Positions 16,375 to 26,723 are shown, counted from the stretch's first letter. The stretch: DNA of 64,000 bases from a virus (IMGVR_UViG_3300028887_000090:37852-101851), one strand, 5' to 3'. Program-made: numbers and translations. Notes: generated by a model not told the origin, from the sequence alone.

Positions 16375-17106
16375 ATGGATAAGCTCATTGATGCCACAAT
16401 CATATACGGTTACTTGGTGCCGGTAGTCATCTTGTTTATTGACTTCCTGGTGGTGACATGCCGTAATGCCTGGACTGGTAAACGCTATTGCAGTAGTGCT
16501 TTGAAGAAGCAGCTGATGATGTTTGTTCCAGCCTACAACTATTTCTGGGCGTTATTTGTGGTATTAGATTGGACTGACTGGTTAGGAAAACAGTTATCGA
16601 AATATTTATTTAAACACGGTATTATTATGACGAATTTAGACGAAATGGCCGAGAAATATCTTGGCGCAGTAGAGACTCAGAAAAAGACTGAAAACAAAGA
16701 TTTTGATGGTAAGTTTACTCGTGGCGACATGGAAACATGTTATGTGACGGGTGCCTCGGAATCGCAGGTGTTACAGGTTGGTCAGAGTGGTAGCTTTGGC
16801 CAGGCTATCGGTTCGCTGAAGCATGGTTTTCTGGTGGCCCGTGAAGGTTGGAATGGTAAGGGCATGTTCCTTTTCATGCGTCCGTTTGACATGTTGAAGG
16901 ATGACTTTATCATCGATACTGTGAAGTCGTTGCCCTACAACTTCAAGCAGTGGGTTAAGAACCATCCTAATGAGCGTAAGGAGCGTTTCTTCACTCAGTA
17001 TATCTGTATGAAGGCTGCTGATGGTTCTATCGTGAATGGTTGGCTGGCATCGCAGACCGATATGTTGGCCGACGATTGGGTTTTGGTTGATCCTGAGAAG
17101 GTATAA
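16375..17106 (+). CDS. DUF2829 (Tad2-like) domain protein; possible internal start at 16627
   Basis: SFGQAIGSLKHG..VAREGWNGKGMFL and GWLASQTDMLADDW motifs. Confidence 0.75.
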   Translation: MDKLIDATIIYGYLVPVVILFIDFLVVTCRNAWTGKRYCSSALKKQLMMFVPAYNYFWALFVVLDWTDWLGKQLSKYLFKHGIIMTNLDEMAEKYLGAVETQKKTENKDFDGKFTRGDMETCYVTGASESQVLQVGQSGSFGQAIGSLKHGFLVAREGWNGKGMFLFMRPFDMLKDDFIIDTVKSLPYNFKQWVKNHPNERKERFFTQYICMKAADGSIVNGWLASQTDMLADDWVLVDPEKV

Positions 17107-17108
17107 TC

Positions 17109-17600
17109 ATGGCAAATAGAATACAGCAGAATCCAGTAGTCAGTTCCGATGAGTGGTACACCCCTCGTTGGGTGATTGATGAACTCGGCCCGTTTGACCT
17201 CGATCCGTGTGCGCCTATGCAACCTCCATACGAGATTGCGCCGTTGTCGTTCAATCAGGAGCAGGATGGATTGAGTCAGACGTGGCCCGATACTGCTGTT
17301 GTGTTTATGAATCCACCTTATAGCCGTCCTTTGCTTCGTCCGTTTGTGGAGAAACTGGCCAAGCATGGCAATGGTATTGCGCTGCTGAAGAATCAGGTGG
17401 ATAATTTGCTGTTCCAGGAGGTCATCTTTACTAAGGCTGCCTCGATGCTCTTTATGCGTCATCGCATCAAATTCATTACGCCAGAAGGCTCTACTGGTTC
17501 GCCGTTCTTTGGCTCTGTACTCGTTGCCTTTGGCCATGAGTGTGACCGTCGCTTGCGCCAGTGTAAGATTGAAGGTAAATATGTGGTGTTGAATGTGTAA
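17109..17600 (+). CDS. Phage DNA N6-adenine methyltransferase (phage Dam-like)
   Basis: DEWYTP, FDLDPCA, DGLSQTW, MNPPYS catalytic motif. Confidence 0.85.
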   Translation: MANRIQQNPVVSSDEWYTPRWVIDELGPFDLDPCAPMQPPYEIAPLSFNQEQDGLSQTWPDTAVVFMNPPYSRPLLRPFVEKLAKHGNGIALLKNQVDNLLFQEVIFTKAASMLFMRHRIKFITPEGSTGSPFFGSVLVAFGHECDRRLRQCKIEGKYVVLNV

Positions 17601-17631
17601 TATATGAATATATTTTTAGAGAATTGAACGT

Positions 17632-17997
17632 ATGACAAAGAATGAAGTAAAAAAGCATGTTCCTGATGTGTGCGTACAGAAAATTACGCTCAGGAATTGT
17701 TCGGCTATAGCTACTAAAGCGAAGGTCGTAGCAGAAAGTATGGGCACCGGTTTGATTTGTTATGATTGGAATGGTGAGCGTGACCTACTCAGTATCTTTA
17801 CCTCTTATGATTTTAAGGATTTCTTGGATTTCCTGAAGCCTGGCGTGAAAGTCACTAATAAGTATGGTGGTGAGTTTACTATTGAGAGTGAGCCGTATTT
17901 GGAAAACTGTAGAATGTGCGTTCGTGCCAATGGCGATGTCTGGTTTTGTGATGTGTTGTATAATCCGACGTTGAACTATAAAGGAATGTTACAATGA
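17632..17997 (+). CDS. Hypothetical protein
   Basis: 121-aa ORF in the operon. Confidence 0.6.
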   Translation: MTKNEVKKHVPDVCVQKITLRNCSAIATKAKVVAESMGTGLICYDWNGERDLLSIFTSYDFKDFLDFLKPGVKVTNKYGGEFTIESEPYLENCRMCVRANGDVWFCDVLYNPTLNYKGMLQ

Positions 17998-18237
17998 ATA
18001 GGTCTAATGTTGGAGTGAAACAGGGGGGGGGTAAAATCGCCCTTCAGAGGAAACGGTCTGAGTCGTACCGCCATGTTGTTTAAGATAGCGACGCTGGCAG
18101 GTCATAAACTGACTATTCCAGAAATGAATAAGTTTAAAGAGGTGAATCCTCGTAGTCTTGAACAAGTATATAATGAAGTGGTTCGCGTAGGCGATGCCGG
18201 TAATGCCCGATTCGCTTTGCAACTGATATTAAAATAA
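17994..18237 (+). pseudogene. Hypothetical 80-aa gene frameshifted at a G9 tract (G8 restores the frame)
   Basis: ATGA overlap with the upstream stop; G9 at 18023-18031; removing one G gives an open frame to TAA 18235-18237, 4 nt before the next ATG. Confidence 0.6.
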
Positions 18238-18241
18238 GATT

Positions 18242-18571
18242 ATGGCTGAAGAAAAGAAAGAACAGTTGACTCCTGAACAGGAGTACATGAAAGAGAAATC
18301 GGCAATCCTGGCTGAAATGTCTGAGGTGTTTAAGAAGCATAATTGCGATCCAAACCTCTCGATAGAAATTCTGGCAGAAATGCTGATGCAGATCTTTGTC
18401 GGTATGCAGTGGATGACTGATGAGAAGATGGAGCATTATGTATTCCCCTTCTTTAAGAAATTGAAAGAGCGTGCAAAGGAAGTGTTGTTTAAGACCCGTA
18501 ATAGTCGTGCAGCACAACTTCGCAGACAGGAAAAGCTGGCGCAGAACGAAAACCCTCAGAATACAAATTAG
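18242..18571 (+). CDS. Hypothetical protein
   Basis: 109-aa ORF. Confidence 0.7.
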   Translation: MAEEKKEQLTPEQEYMKEKSAILAEMSEVFKKHNCDPNLSIEILAEMLMQIFVGMQWMTDEKMEHYVFPFFKKLKERAKEVLFKTRNSRAAQLRRQEKLAQNENPQNTN

Positions 18572-18578
18572 TAGAGTT

Positions 18579-19394
18579 ATGAATAGTAATATATTTCGTG
18601 CAAAGGCCGTAGATGATGGCCGTTGGGTGGTAGGTGAGCCACATACTATGTGCTCAACTCCGCATATTCATATTTCTCCGTTGGAATCTGTTAGAGTTAA
18701 TCCTAACACCATTGGAAGGTTTACGGGTTGGTTTGATAAGAAGGGTAAGCCAATCTTTGAGGATGATATTCTTGCATTGACTATTCCTGATGGCACTACT
18801 CGACTTTTTATCGTAGAGTGGCAACGCCAGGTAAGGCATCTGGCAGCATTGAAGGATTTTGTTCCTGATGGCAATCCGGTGGAGATTAGCGGATGGTGTT
18901 TTACTTGGGGAAAGAATTGTCTGTTACCATCGGTTATAGGTGAGGTGCCAGACTATAATCGTATGGAGATTGTCGGAAATGTTTATGACAATAGAGATTT
19001 ACTTGAACCTGGTGCTGAAGAAAATTTCCATGGTCAGCGTGAACTTATTGGTAATACATGCTGTCTGTCAAATAAACCTGGTGTGCAGGTGTTCATGTAT
19101 GACCTGAAAGATGAACGTGGTGAATGGTTGGCTCGTGTCATCCTGACTTCTGATGGGCTTTATATGGCCTATTCTGAATATGGCAATTTCTATCATGTTT
19201 TTAACGCTCCTGGTAAGGATGGCATTCGTAAGTTTATGGTAGGTATCTCGCCAGATTATTTTGGTGGTAAGCTCTGCGAAGTGGAGTGGTTTACGTCGGC
19301 CAAAAAGGTTGAAATGGCCGCACGTCGCCATGCTAAGTTCATCCTGCCGGTACTCCAGCAAGCTATTCGTGAACAGTTAGAGAAAGAAGATTAG
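18579..19394 (+). CDS. YopX-family protein with an additional C-terminal domain
   Basis: IFRAK...GRWVVG, TIGRFTGWFDKKGKPIFEDDIL, EIVGNVYDNRDLLE. Confidence 0.75.
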   Translation: MNSNIFRAKAVDDGRWVVGEPHTMCSTPHIHISPLESVRVNPNTIGRFTGWFDKKGKPIFEDDILALTIPDGTTRLFIVEWQRQVRHLAALKDFVPDGNPVEISGWCFTWGKNCLLPSVIGEVPDYNRMEIVGNVYDNRDLLEPGAEENFHGQRELIGNTCCLSNKPGVQVFMYDLKDERGEWLARVILTSDGLYMAYSEYGNFYHVFNAPGKDGIRKFMVGISPDYFGGKLCEVEWFTSAKKVEMAARRHAKFILPVLQQAIREQLEKED

Positions 19395-19395
19395 G

Positions 19396-19626
19396 ATGGA
19401 AGTGCATGTAAATCATCCAAAGCACTATAAGTGGAAACGGTTTCTGTGTAGCATCCTGGGACACCAACTGCATCTGGTAGTAATACATCAGGAGGGACGT
19501 AAGATGAAGGCTTGCTATGAATGCTTTCGATGCCGTCAACGCTTCAAATATGCTACAGTGGAAGATATTATGGTTGATCACATGATTAATAAGAATATTG
19601 AAAAGATATTGAAACATAAAAAATAA
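19396..19626 (+). CDS. Small hypothetical protein with Cys/His motifs
   Basis: LCSILGH and CFRC; abuts its neighbours. Confidence 0.6.
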   Translation: MEVHVNHPKHYKWKRFLCSILGHQLHLVVIHQEGRKMKACYECFRCRQRFKYATVEDIMVDHMINKNIEKILKHKK

Positions 19627-20136
19627 ATGGCTGAAATAAAGAAATATCCAATATCATTGACTGTCGTGCTGGAGTGTTCGGACAGTGAGACAATCGACCG
19701 CGTGATGGTTGAGAAATTTCAAGCTGAGAATGTGCCTCTGCCAATCTTTACGCGCTTTATGGGTGCCGTAAGTAGTGCTCAAAACAAACAGAAGCCGGAT
19801 TCTGATCTCGATTGTGATGATTTCGAGAAAGGAACGCCAGAAGGTCGTTGTGACGGCATGGGACATTATCTGTGTGATGAATGCAAGTATCGTAGTCAGG
19901 AGTCTATTCGCCAGAAACATGAAGAGTTTCTGCATCGTAAGAACTACTATAAAAAGGATAGGCCGATGATTCGTGCAAGGGTGATAGATTCTGGCGAAGA
20001 GGTGATGGTGGATGATTTTCCCATAGAGGATTTTGGTACATCGTATTATAATATGTGGCATAACACGGAGAGTGGAATCACCTACCATGACGATGACTTG
20101 GAATTTATAGATGAACGTTTACAGAAGATAGACTGA
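19627..20136 (+). CDS. Hypothetical protein with a Cys cluster
   Basis: CDGMGHYLCDEC motif; operon packing. Confidence 0.65.
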   Translation: MAEIKKYPISLTVVLECSDSETIDRVMVEKFQAENVPLPIFTRFMGAVSSAQNKQKPDSDLDCDDFEKGTPEGRCDGMGHYLCDECKYRSQESIRQKHEEFLHRKNYYKKDRPMIRARVIDSGEEVMVDDFPIEDFGTSYYNMWHNTESGITYHDDDLEFIDERLQKID

Positions 20137-20369
20137 TGAAGGTAGAGAATTTAGACACAGCAGCGCTATTTGCTGAGAAGCGTAAGAAGTTGGTAGCAAT
20201 ACAGGAACTGCTTTCTTCGTATGTGACGCAGGCAGAGGTGCATGTGGTTGTGAATATGGGTACCACTAAAAAGACCGCAAGCATCCATGAGGCAACTTTC
20301 AATGCCCTTATGTATAAGTTGGTGGAGTCTGAAATCGCAAATATTGATCATTTTGTAGAGCAGTTGTAG
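20136..20369 (+). CDS. Hypothetical protein
   Basis: Stop/start overlap with the upstream gene. Confidence 0.65.
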   Translation: MKVENLDTAALFAEKRKKLVAIQELLSSYVTQAEVHVVVNMGTTKKTASIHEATFNALMYKLVESEIANIDHFVEQL

Positions 20370-20370
20370 T

Positions 20371-20703
20371 ATGGCAAATATGAATGTTGACATAGCGAAT
20401 TTGTTGAAGGATAAGCGTGGACTCCTGGAGTATCTGGTGAATATGATTATGGCATCGGATAAGTTCATGCAGAACCTTCCACAGCTTCGCGAACGTGGTT
20501 GGACTGAGAAGGGTATGTTGGATAAGGTGATCGAGATTACGGCTATCCAGTCGAATCAGTTGAAGCACCTGGCATTGATTGCCCTCCTGATAGTGCAGAG
20601 TCGCGACTTCGATACGAACGTGGCACTGTTGATGAATAAGATGGGCCGAGGTGACGAAGCCCTTCAAATCCTGATGCGTAACAAAATGGAAGGAAAAGAA
20701 TAG
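20371..20703 (+). CDS. Hypothetical protein
   Basis: Operon packing. Confidence 0.65.
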   Translation: MANMNVDIANLLKDKRGLLEYLVNMIMASDKFMQNLPQLRERGWTEKGMLDKVIEITAIQSNQLKHLALIALLIVQSRDFDTNVALLMNKMGRGDEALQILMRNKMEGKE

Positions 20704-20704
20704 T

Positions 20705-20992
20705 ATGGTAGAAGAATCGCTTTGGGGTGTGTCGCTCTCGATGGCAGCGAAAGAATTGCCGATGACGCAGAGCATTATCGCACAGACATTGAAGAATATG
20801 CAAGTGTGCCAGCAGAAGTATAAGGAAACTGAACCTGAGTACGAACGGCTGAATCACTTGATAACGATGGTTGGCTCTATCTCCTATCTGATGATGGGCG
20901 TAGAAGCCGCTCTGAATGCTATGGTGATTGATATGATGAAGGAATTTAAGAAGGCGAAAGAACAAATCGCCGAACAGGACTCAAACGGATAA
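20705..20992 (+). CDS. Hypothetical protein
   Basis: Operon packing. Confidence 0.65.
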   Translation: MVEESLWGVSLSMAAKELPMTQSIIAQTLKNMQVCQQKYKETEPEYERLNHLITMVGSISYLMMGVEAALNAMVIDMMKEFKKAKEQIAEQDSNG

Positions 20993-21384
20993 TGGTGTCG
21001 AAGGTGAATCTGTTAATGGACGGCTTCAAACGCTATGCTCAGGTAGCAGCCGAGCATGGGTTTACGAGGGAGCAAATCGTCTGGGTTTGTAATGAAGTCC
21101 GGAAAGATATACTGGAATATCAGAAACATTCGAGAAGATGGATATTATCAGATTTACTAAAGAGGAAATCGAAGGTGGTTATGGATATGAATAAGGCAGC
21201 CGAAATGGTTCGGCAGATGATGTCTGATGAGCCGTGTGTGTTGCAGATAGATTTGGAGCACAAAGTCTTGGTATGTAATGCCGGTGGTGGTCGTATTCGC
21301 CTGGTTGCCCTTTCTGACCTTATCGACCCATACGAAGTAGAACAAATGGAAGCAGAACAAAAATTAAAAGAATTGAATATATGA
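20992..21384 (+). CDS. Hypothetical protein
   Basis: Operon packing. Confidence 0.65.
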   Translation: MVSKVNLLMDGFKRYAQVAAEHGFTREQIVWVCNEVRKDILEYQKHSRRWILSDLLKRKSKVVMDMNKAAEMVRQMMSDEPCVLQIDLEHKVLVCNAGGGRIRLVALSDLIDPYEVEQMEAEQKLKELNI

Positions 21385-21815
21385 AGATTAAGATTGTAAA
21401 CAAGTCGCACCATCCCCTACCCGCTTATGCCACTGAGCTGTCAGCCGGTATGGATCTGCGTGCAAACATCGATGAGCCGATAGTGCTCAAACCTATGGAG
21501 CGTCGTTTGGTACCAACGGGATTGCATATCGCTTTGCCTGTCGGTTACGAGGCACAGGTACGTCCGCGTAGTGGCCTGGCCCTGAAGAAGGGTATAACAG
21601 TGCTGAATGCACCTGGCACTGTGGATGCCGATTATCGTGGTGACGTGGGCGTTATACTGATTAACCTCAGTGATGAGCCGTTTATCATTGAGGATGGTGA
21701 GCGTATTGCTCAGATGGTCATTGCCCGCCATGAGCATGCAGAGTTTATTCCCGTTGATGTCCTCGATGAGACAGAACGTGGTGAAGGTGGTTACGGACAT
21801 ACTGGTGTGAAGTAA
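21381..21815 (+). CDS. dut: Trimeric dUTPase
   Basis: [37 protein letters not shown] motifs. Confidence 0.95.
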   Translation: MKIKIVNKSHHPLPAYATELSAGMDLRANIDEPIVLKPMERRLVPTGLHIALPVGYEAQVRPRSGLALKKGITVLNAPGTVDADYRGDVGVILINLSDEPFIIEDGERIAQMVIARHEHAEFIPVDVLDETERGEGGYGHTGVK

Positions 21816-22138
21816 TGACATCGAAGAAAGTGTATATCTCTGGGCCGATAACCGGCTGTGATCCTGAATGGGTAGAATCGCAGTTTGCGAGGGCTGAGAA
21901 GAATCTGATAGGCTTGGGCCACCGTCCCGTTAATCCGTTGAAGATGTGGGGATGGTGGAACTGGCTCTTTCGTCGCCTGCCCTACCAACTCCAGATGCTT
22001 ATTGATATCTGTAAGCTGCATGGTTGTGATGCTATCCTGAAACTCCCCATGTGGGACTACTCTCGTGGTGCAAAGCTCGAAAGTGCCTTTGCTGAATTTT
22101 GGAAAATTGAAAACCTGAATAAAGACTATAGTAAGTAA
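21815..22138 (+). CDS. DUF4406-like (nucleoside deoxyribosyltransferase-like fold) protein
   Basis: KVYISGPITG, VNP, CDAI..L..W..SRGAKLE. Confidence 0.75.
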   Translation: MTSKKVYISGPITGCDPEWVESQFARAEKNLIGLGHRPVNPLKMWGWWNWLFRRLPYQLQMLIDICKLHGCDAILKLPMWDYSRGAKLESAFAEFWKIENLNKDYSK

Positions 22139-22148
22139 GGAAATCACT

Positions 22149-22880
22149 ATGCCTAAGATCTATCTGCGTGTATCTAAGTATGTCGGTAGCTTTATGCGTG
22201 CCGATGGTAATGGAAACTCAATTTCAAAACAGACACCTATCCAACTGTCGCAATGTTCTGATGAATATGCTGTGATGGTGCATAGCCTTCGCATCGTGCC
22301 TGAGACACAACAGCGTCGTGCCTGTTGCTATTCTCAGTCTGCCTGGAATAACATGTTGCGTGGTCGTCTGCCTGAAGGTGGCAAACCGATTATCCAGCGC
22401 GACCCGAAGGATTACCTGACCTACGCTGAGGTGTGTACGTTGGAGCGTCTGCCTAACAAGACCCGTCGCGAGGCTTACGAGTTTCTGTGCATCGCCCTGC
22501 CCAGGGAGATATATGTGGATGGTCGTATAGAACTGGTCAGCAGCTCGCATACCCTCGATACATCGGCTGCCAACCAGCTTCGTAGAATTTTTAGACAGAG
22601 GTTCATCCGAGAATACCTTTACTTTGAAGAGCGACAGCGTGACTGGTGTCGTGAGCAGCGCATCGATCGCACGGATGTAGAGATCCTGGAGCGTTTCTTT
22701 ATGAAGTGGGATATTCCAGTGTCGCATGATAACAAAGAGCGTGAACACCTGCGTCGTCAGATATTCCGCTGGCGCGAGGGAGGTAAGCGTATGGCGAATG
22801 AAGCCGACGTGATAGGTGACGCTGAGATTACGCGAGTTGACGAGTACGAATTAAGGGGTGGATTACCGAAATACGATTAA
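22149..22880 (+). CDS. Hypothetical basic protein (possible regulator)
   Basis: 243-aa Arg-rich ORF, last gene before the structural cluster. Confidence 0.65.
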   Translation: MPKIYLRVSKYVGSFMRADGNGNSISKQTPIQLSQCSDEYAVMVHSLRIVPETQQRRACCYSQSAWNNMLRGRLPEGGKPIIQRDPKDYLTYAEVCTLERLPNKTRREAYEFLCIALPREIYVDGRIELVSSSHTLDTSAANQLRRIFRQRFIREYLYFEERQRDWCREQRIDRTDVEILERFFMKWDIPVSHDNKEREHLRRQIFRWREGGKRMANEADVIGDAEITRVDEYELRGGLPKYD

Positions 22881-23005
22881 ATTGTAAAAAAGGTCAAAAT
22901 CGACTACGAAAAGATGTTAAATAATGAGGTATTTTCTATGTTTTTTTGTCACACCCCTGTCACACCTCTAACGTTAGAGTAATAACCATCAAAAAAGATA
23001 AGATT

Positions 23006-23497
23006 ATGAACGAGAATTTATGTTTGGAACTTCGCCAGGATGACATCGTGCGCGTGGATGTCTATCTGGCCTCGCAGTGCAGCATGCCTGTTCCTGCCCA
23101 AGTGAACAGCGTGCAGTTTGTGAATAGCAATCTCTTTACGGGCGATCCGGTGCTGACGCTGACTTTGCCGCTGAGTGATGACACCCCGATGCAGGATGTG
23201 CCGACGCTGAAGGTACAGAATGCCCGCCAAGCCTCTGGAAACGTCTATACACATGACTTGCAGGCCGCTGTGCAACTGGCTCGACAGCAGGTAGAATCGG
23301 CTATTGAAGCATTGAACGGAAAGGATTTTAATGTGGTCTATACCCGCAATAATGGCGCTAAGGATTTGTCCTACGCCCTGCCTAATGCGTCGATGGCCAC
23401 CATCGATGAGACGCAGAGTAATAACAGTGTGACCACTCTGAAAATCAAGTTGCAGTCCATGTCGGCCCTCATCCGTCTGGCATCACCAACCAATTAA
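23006..23497 (+). CDS. Hypothetical protein (possibly structural)
   Basis: ATG 23006 within the 22946 ORF; beta-rich composition. Confidence 0.65.
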   Translation: MNENLCLELRQDDIVRVDVYLASQCSMPVPAQVNSVQFVNSNLFTGDPVLTLTLPLSDDTPMQDVPTLKVQNARQASGNVYTHDLQAAVQLARQQVESAIEALNGKDFNVVYTRNNGAKDLSYALPNASMATIDETQSNNSVTTLKIKLQSMSALIRLASPTN

Positions 23498-23563
23498 ACC
23501 GGCCTCTATATATATAATAAGGTATATTGAATCTAACCACGTAAATAACAGTAATTGTTCCAT

Positions 23564-23600
23564 CCCCGATGTCGTTGCGAAACGCTGTCGGGGCTTTTTT
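23564..23600 (+). terminator. Rho-independent terminator
   Basis: ccccga...tcgggg stem followed by a T run. Confidence 0.65.
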
Positions 23601-23643
23601 ATGCCTTAAAACGTCCTAAAACCCTAATATATTAAGGAAAACC

Positions 23644-23679
23644 ACATCACGACCTCGCCCGCACGTTTCATTACTTTTG
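23644..23679 (+). promoter_or_regulatory. Phage promoter variant ACATCAC-N21-TACTTTTG
   Basis: Same spacing as the other copies; upstream of the head protease gene. Confidence 0.6.
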
Positions 23680-23711
23680 CGATAGAATTTTTAAACTAAA
23701 AGCGAAAAAGT

Positions 23712-25325
23712 ATGAACGGATTACTGGAAATATTGTCAACGAAGAAGTGGATGATCATGCCTGAGTATGTTCATGGTTCTCGCACGATGTGGGAACAAAA
23801 TTTGAATGGTCATATCGGTTTGGAGTTTGACAAAAAGAAAAAGCCATACGCCATGCAACTCATCAAGTCTGCCGAGGATGCCGCTCCTGAAATAAAGGAG
23901 TATCAGGTTACGGAGCAAGGCAAGGTAGAGTCGCGCTGGTGGATGGATGATATGGATGCGCCTTTTGTCAATGTTATGCCGGTGGCTGGCCCTATCACTC
24001 GCGAAGGTGGTGCCTGTTCTTATGGCTCTATGGATCTGCGCGACTGGCTCATGGAGGCTGCTAATAACGAGTTCTGCAAGGCACATGTCTTTGTCATCAA
24101 CTCCCCTGGTGGTTCCGCTTGGGCTATCAATGACTTTAAACAGGCTATCGAGTATGCGCATGAGCGTGGTCAGAAGGTGTATGCCTTCGTTGACGGCCTT
24201 TGTGCATCAGCAGCTATGTATCTCGCTTCTGTCTGTGATGAAGTGTACTACATGCACCCCAAAGATTTGTTTGGCTCTATCGGTGTGATGGCTGTGTTCT
24301 ACACCGAGAAGAATGGTACTACAAACAAGTACACCAATGAGACCTTCCATGAGCTCTACGATCCTGAGTCCTATGACAAAAACAAATGGTATCGTGACCT
24401 CGCCGATGACCCGAAGAATGATAAGGTGCTCATCGAAGAGTTGAAGGAGGATGGCGTACAGTTCCGTAAGGATATTCAGGCTGCCTTTCCTGCTGCTAAG
24501 GAAGAGCACATCCATGGTAAGCTGTTCGAGGCTGATAAGGTGACTGGCATCCTGTGTGACGGACAAATGACGCTGGGTGAGGTGATTACCCGTGCCTTTG
24601 AGGTGGCTAACGGTTCTGCCGAGCCTATCACTCGTGTAAAGCCGGTGGCTCCGGAGGATGACGTGCCAGAGGATGACCCCGCACCAGCCGCTAATGCTAA
24701 TTCTTTAACCCCAAATAATAACAACAGTATGAAAGAGTACAAGAACATTGCCACCGCTTGCGGTGTAGAGGAACTGGTACAGACCGAGGAAGGCGCACAT
24801 TTCGTACCCGAAATGCTCGACGCACTCGACCAGACTCTTGAACAGCATGCCACTGAAAAGGCTGCTGCTGAGGAAAAGATTCAGACCCTTCAGGGACAGG
24901 TTGACAACGCCCAGACTGAGCGTGAGGAAGCTGTCGCTAACCGTGAGAAGGAACTGAACGAAGCTCACGAGCAGGCCATTGCTAACCTCAATGAGGAGCA
25001 CAACCAGGCCATCGAAAAGCTCAACACTGAGCACACTGAAGCTCTCCAGACGGAGAAGGATGCACGCGAGAAAGCCGAGGGTGAAGCAAAAGACCTCCAG
25101 GCAAAGCTCGACGAAGCCAATCAGATTATCGCCGACCAGAAGGGTCAGATCGAGGCTATGACTGCCGCTCCCGCTGCTGAGAAGGGTGGCTCTCCCGCCA
25201 ACAATGGCCAGGGTGCAGAAGCTCCCGCTGCTGAGGAAGGTGGTATGCCTGCCTACGACCACTCTAAGTCTCCAAAGGAGAATAAGGAGATTCGTGAGGC
25301 ATGGAAGAAGGCTCACCAAGTTTAA
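23712..25325 (+). CDS. S49-family prohead protease with C-terminal scaffold-like coiled coil
   Basis: INSPGGS, CASAAMYLAS, GSIGV motifs; E/A/Q-rich coiled-coil tail. Confidence 0.85.
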   Translation: MNGLLEILSTKKWMIMPEYVHGSRTMWEQNLNGHIGLEFDKKKKPYAMQLIKSAEDAAPEIKEYQVTEQGKVESRWWMDDMDAPFVNVMPVAGPITREGGACSYGSMDLRDWLMEAANNEFCKAHVFVINSPGGSAWAINDFKQAIEYAHERGQKVYAFVDGLCASAAMYLASVCDEVYYMHPKDLFGSIGVMAVFYTEKNGTTNKYTNETFHELYDPESYDKNKWYRDLADDPKNDKVLIEELKEDGVQFRKDIQAAFPAAKEEHIHGKLFEADKVTGILCDGQMTLGEVITRAFEVANGSAEPITRVKPVAPEDDVPEDDPAPAANANSLTPNNNNSMKEYKNIATACGVEELVQTEEGAHFVPEMLDALDQTLEQHATEKAAAEEKIQTLQGQVDNAQTEREEAVANREKELNEAHEQAIANLNEEHNQAIEKLNTEHTEALQTEKDAREKAEGEAKDLQAKLDEANQIIADQKGQIEAMTAAPAAEKGGSPANNGQGAEAPAAEEGGMPAYDHSKSPKENKEIREAWKKAHQV

Positions 25326-25363
25326 GTATTTCCAATTATTAACCCTTTAAAAACATTAGAATT

Positions 25364-26647
25364 ATGGCTGACAACAAAGCTCCAGAGTTCATCGGTCGTG
25401 AGGCGCTGACCCACGTAGCCGAGCAAGTTGGTAAGCAGATCATTATGGGCCCCGCTTACGAGGATCCTGAACTGCTCGACCGTCTTGGTATTAGTGTGAT
25501 TTCAGGCGTACAGTTCAAAAAGACTGATCACCTGTTGGTTCGTAAGGGTGGTACCACTCGCCGTAAGAAGGTTGGTACACCCGTTGAAAACAAGATTGGC
25601 TTCCTGAAGGAGCGCACCCTGATTGCGAAGCTGACATGGAACCGTTACAAAGACAACATCGACAACTACGTTGAGACTGTCTTTGGTACAGACGGCAAGC
25701 CTGGTGGCGAATACCCCATGTCAACCGTAGCAGTAGAGGCAATCCTGAAGAGCTACGCAGAGGATTTGAAGAGCAACCTCTTCTTCGGTGACATGGAGAA
25801 TGAGGACAGCCTCGATGAGGACAAGCAGAAGCTCTCTCTGTACGATGGTTTCCATACTGACATGGCCCATGATATTGCCGACGGCATTATCAGCGTACAG
25901 AATAAGAACCTGATTCCTTGCGACGCTATCTCTGCTCCTACCGATGCCCACGACTCTACTCCGTTCGACACCGCTCTGGAGTGGTACACCAAGTGGGATG
26001 GTCGCCTCCGTCAGCAGAAGCTCGTGAAGTTGCATGTTGACATCCTGCGTGGTCTCTACATCGCTCAGGGTTATGCCAACAAGTATCACGGCAATGCTAA
26101 GGTGAACTACCTGCCTAATGGCAACTTCACTGTGCCTGAAATGCCTCGTGTAGAGTTCTGTCCCTCTGACGCTTGGGGTGTTGGTACCCGTATGATGGCC
26201 ACAATACCTGGAAACCTCCAGTATGGTGTGGATTCTGAAAACAACCAGTCTTTTGTTAAGACTCAGTTCGGTTCGGATGAGGACGCTCAGGATGTGATCT
26301 TCCAGATCCAGTCAATCCAGGGCACCCGCATTATGAATCCGCTCCCCAGCGCATTCGTGATGAGCGATGGCTCTATTGCTGAGAACGTCATCAATGGTGA
26401 CTACGAGAACTCTAAGTTGGTTGTAACCCTCGACGGTGCCGATGAGGGTGCTAAGGTACAGGTGAACGGTCAGGATTATCCGAAGGCCCTGGAGTTCGCT
26501 CCTAACGCGCTGATTACCCTGAAGGCTGTTGAAGGCTCTGCCGAAGGCCACAAGGTGTTCAAGCAGTGGAGCAACGGCAAGACCGAGAAGGAGATCACCA
26601 TCACCGCTACCGGTATGCCAATGGCTATCACCGCCTTCTATCAGTAA
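25364..26647 (+). CDS. Probable major capsid protein with a C-terminal Ig/B-repeat-like domain
   Basis: Follows the protease/scaffold gene; strongly biased codons; YDGF...DI motif; C-terminal FKQWSNG...ITAFY. Confidence 0.7.
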   Translation: MADNKAPEFIGREALTHVAEQVGKQIIMGPAYEDPELLDRLGISVISGVQFKKTDHLLVRKGGTTRRKKVGTPVENKIGFLKERTLIAKLTWNRYKDNIDNYVETVFGTDGKPGGEYPMSTVAVEAILKSYAEDLKSNLFFGDMENEDSLDEDKQKLSLYDGFHTDMAHDIADGIISVQNKNLIPCDAISAPTDAHDSTPFDTALEWYTKWDGRLRQQKLVKLHVDILRGLYIAQGYANKYHGNAKVNYLPNGNFTVPEMPRVEFCPSDAWGVGTRMMATIPGNLQYGVDSENNQSFVKTQFGSDEDAQDVIFQIQSIQGTRIMNPLPSAFVMSDGSIAENVINGDYENSKLVVTLDGADEGAKVQVNGQDYPKALEFAPNALITLKAVEGSAEGHKVFKQWSNGKTEKEITITATGMPMAITAFYQ

Positions 26648-26723
26648 AAAAGTCTGGGAGGGCTCCGGCCCTTCCGCTTTTTATTTTTCTGCATTAAGTA
26701 ATCAATTAAAAAAGAGTAAGAAT

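Noticed and set aside
22946-22992. Ninth copy of the late promoter
   Set aside because: TGTCAC is present twice, but there is no TAnnTTTG box 21 nt downstream of either copy.
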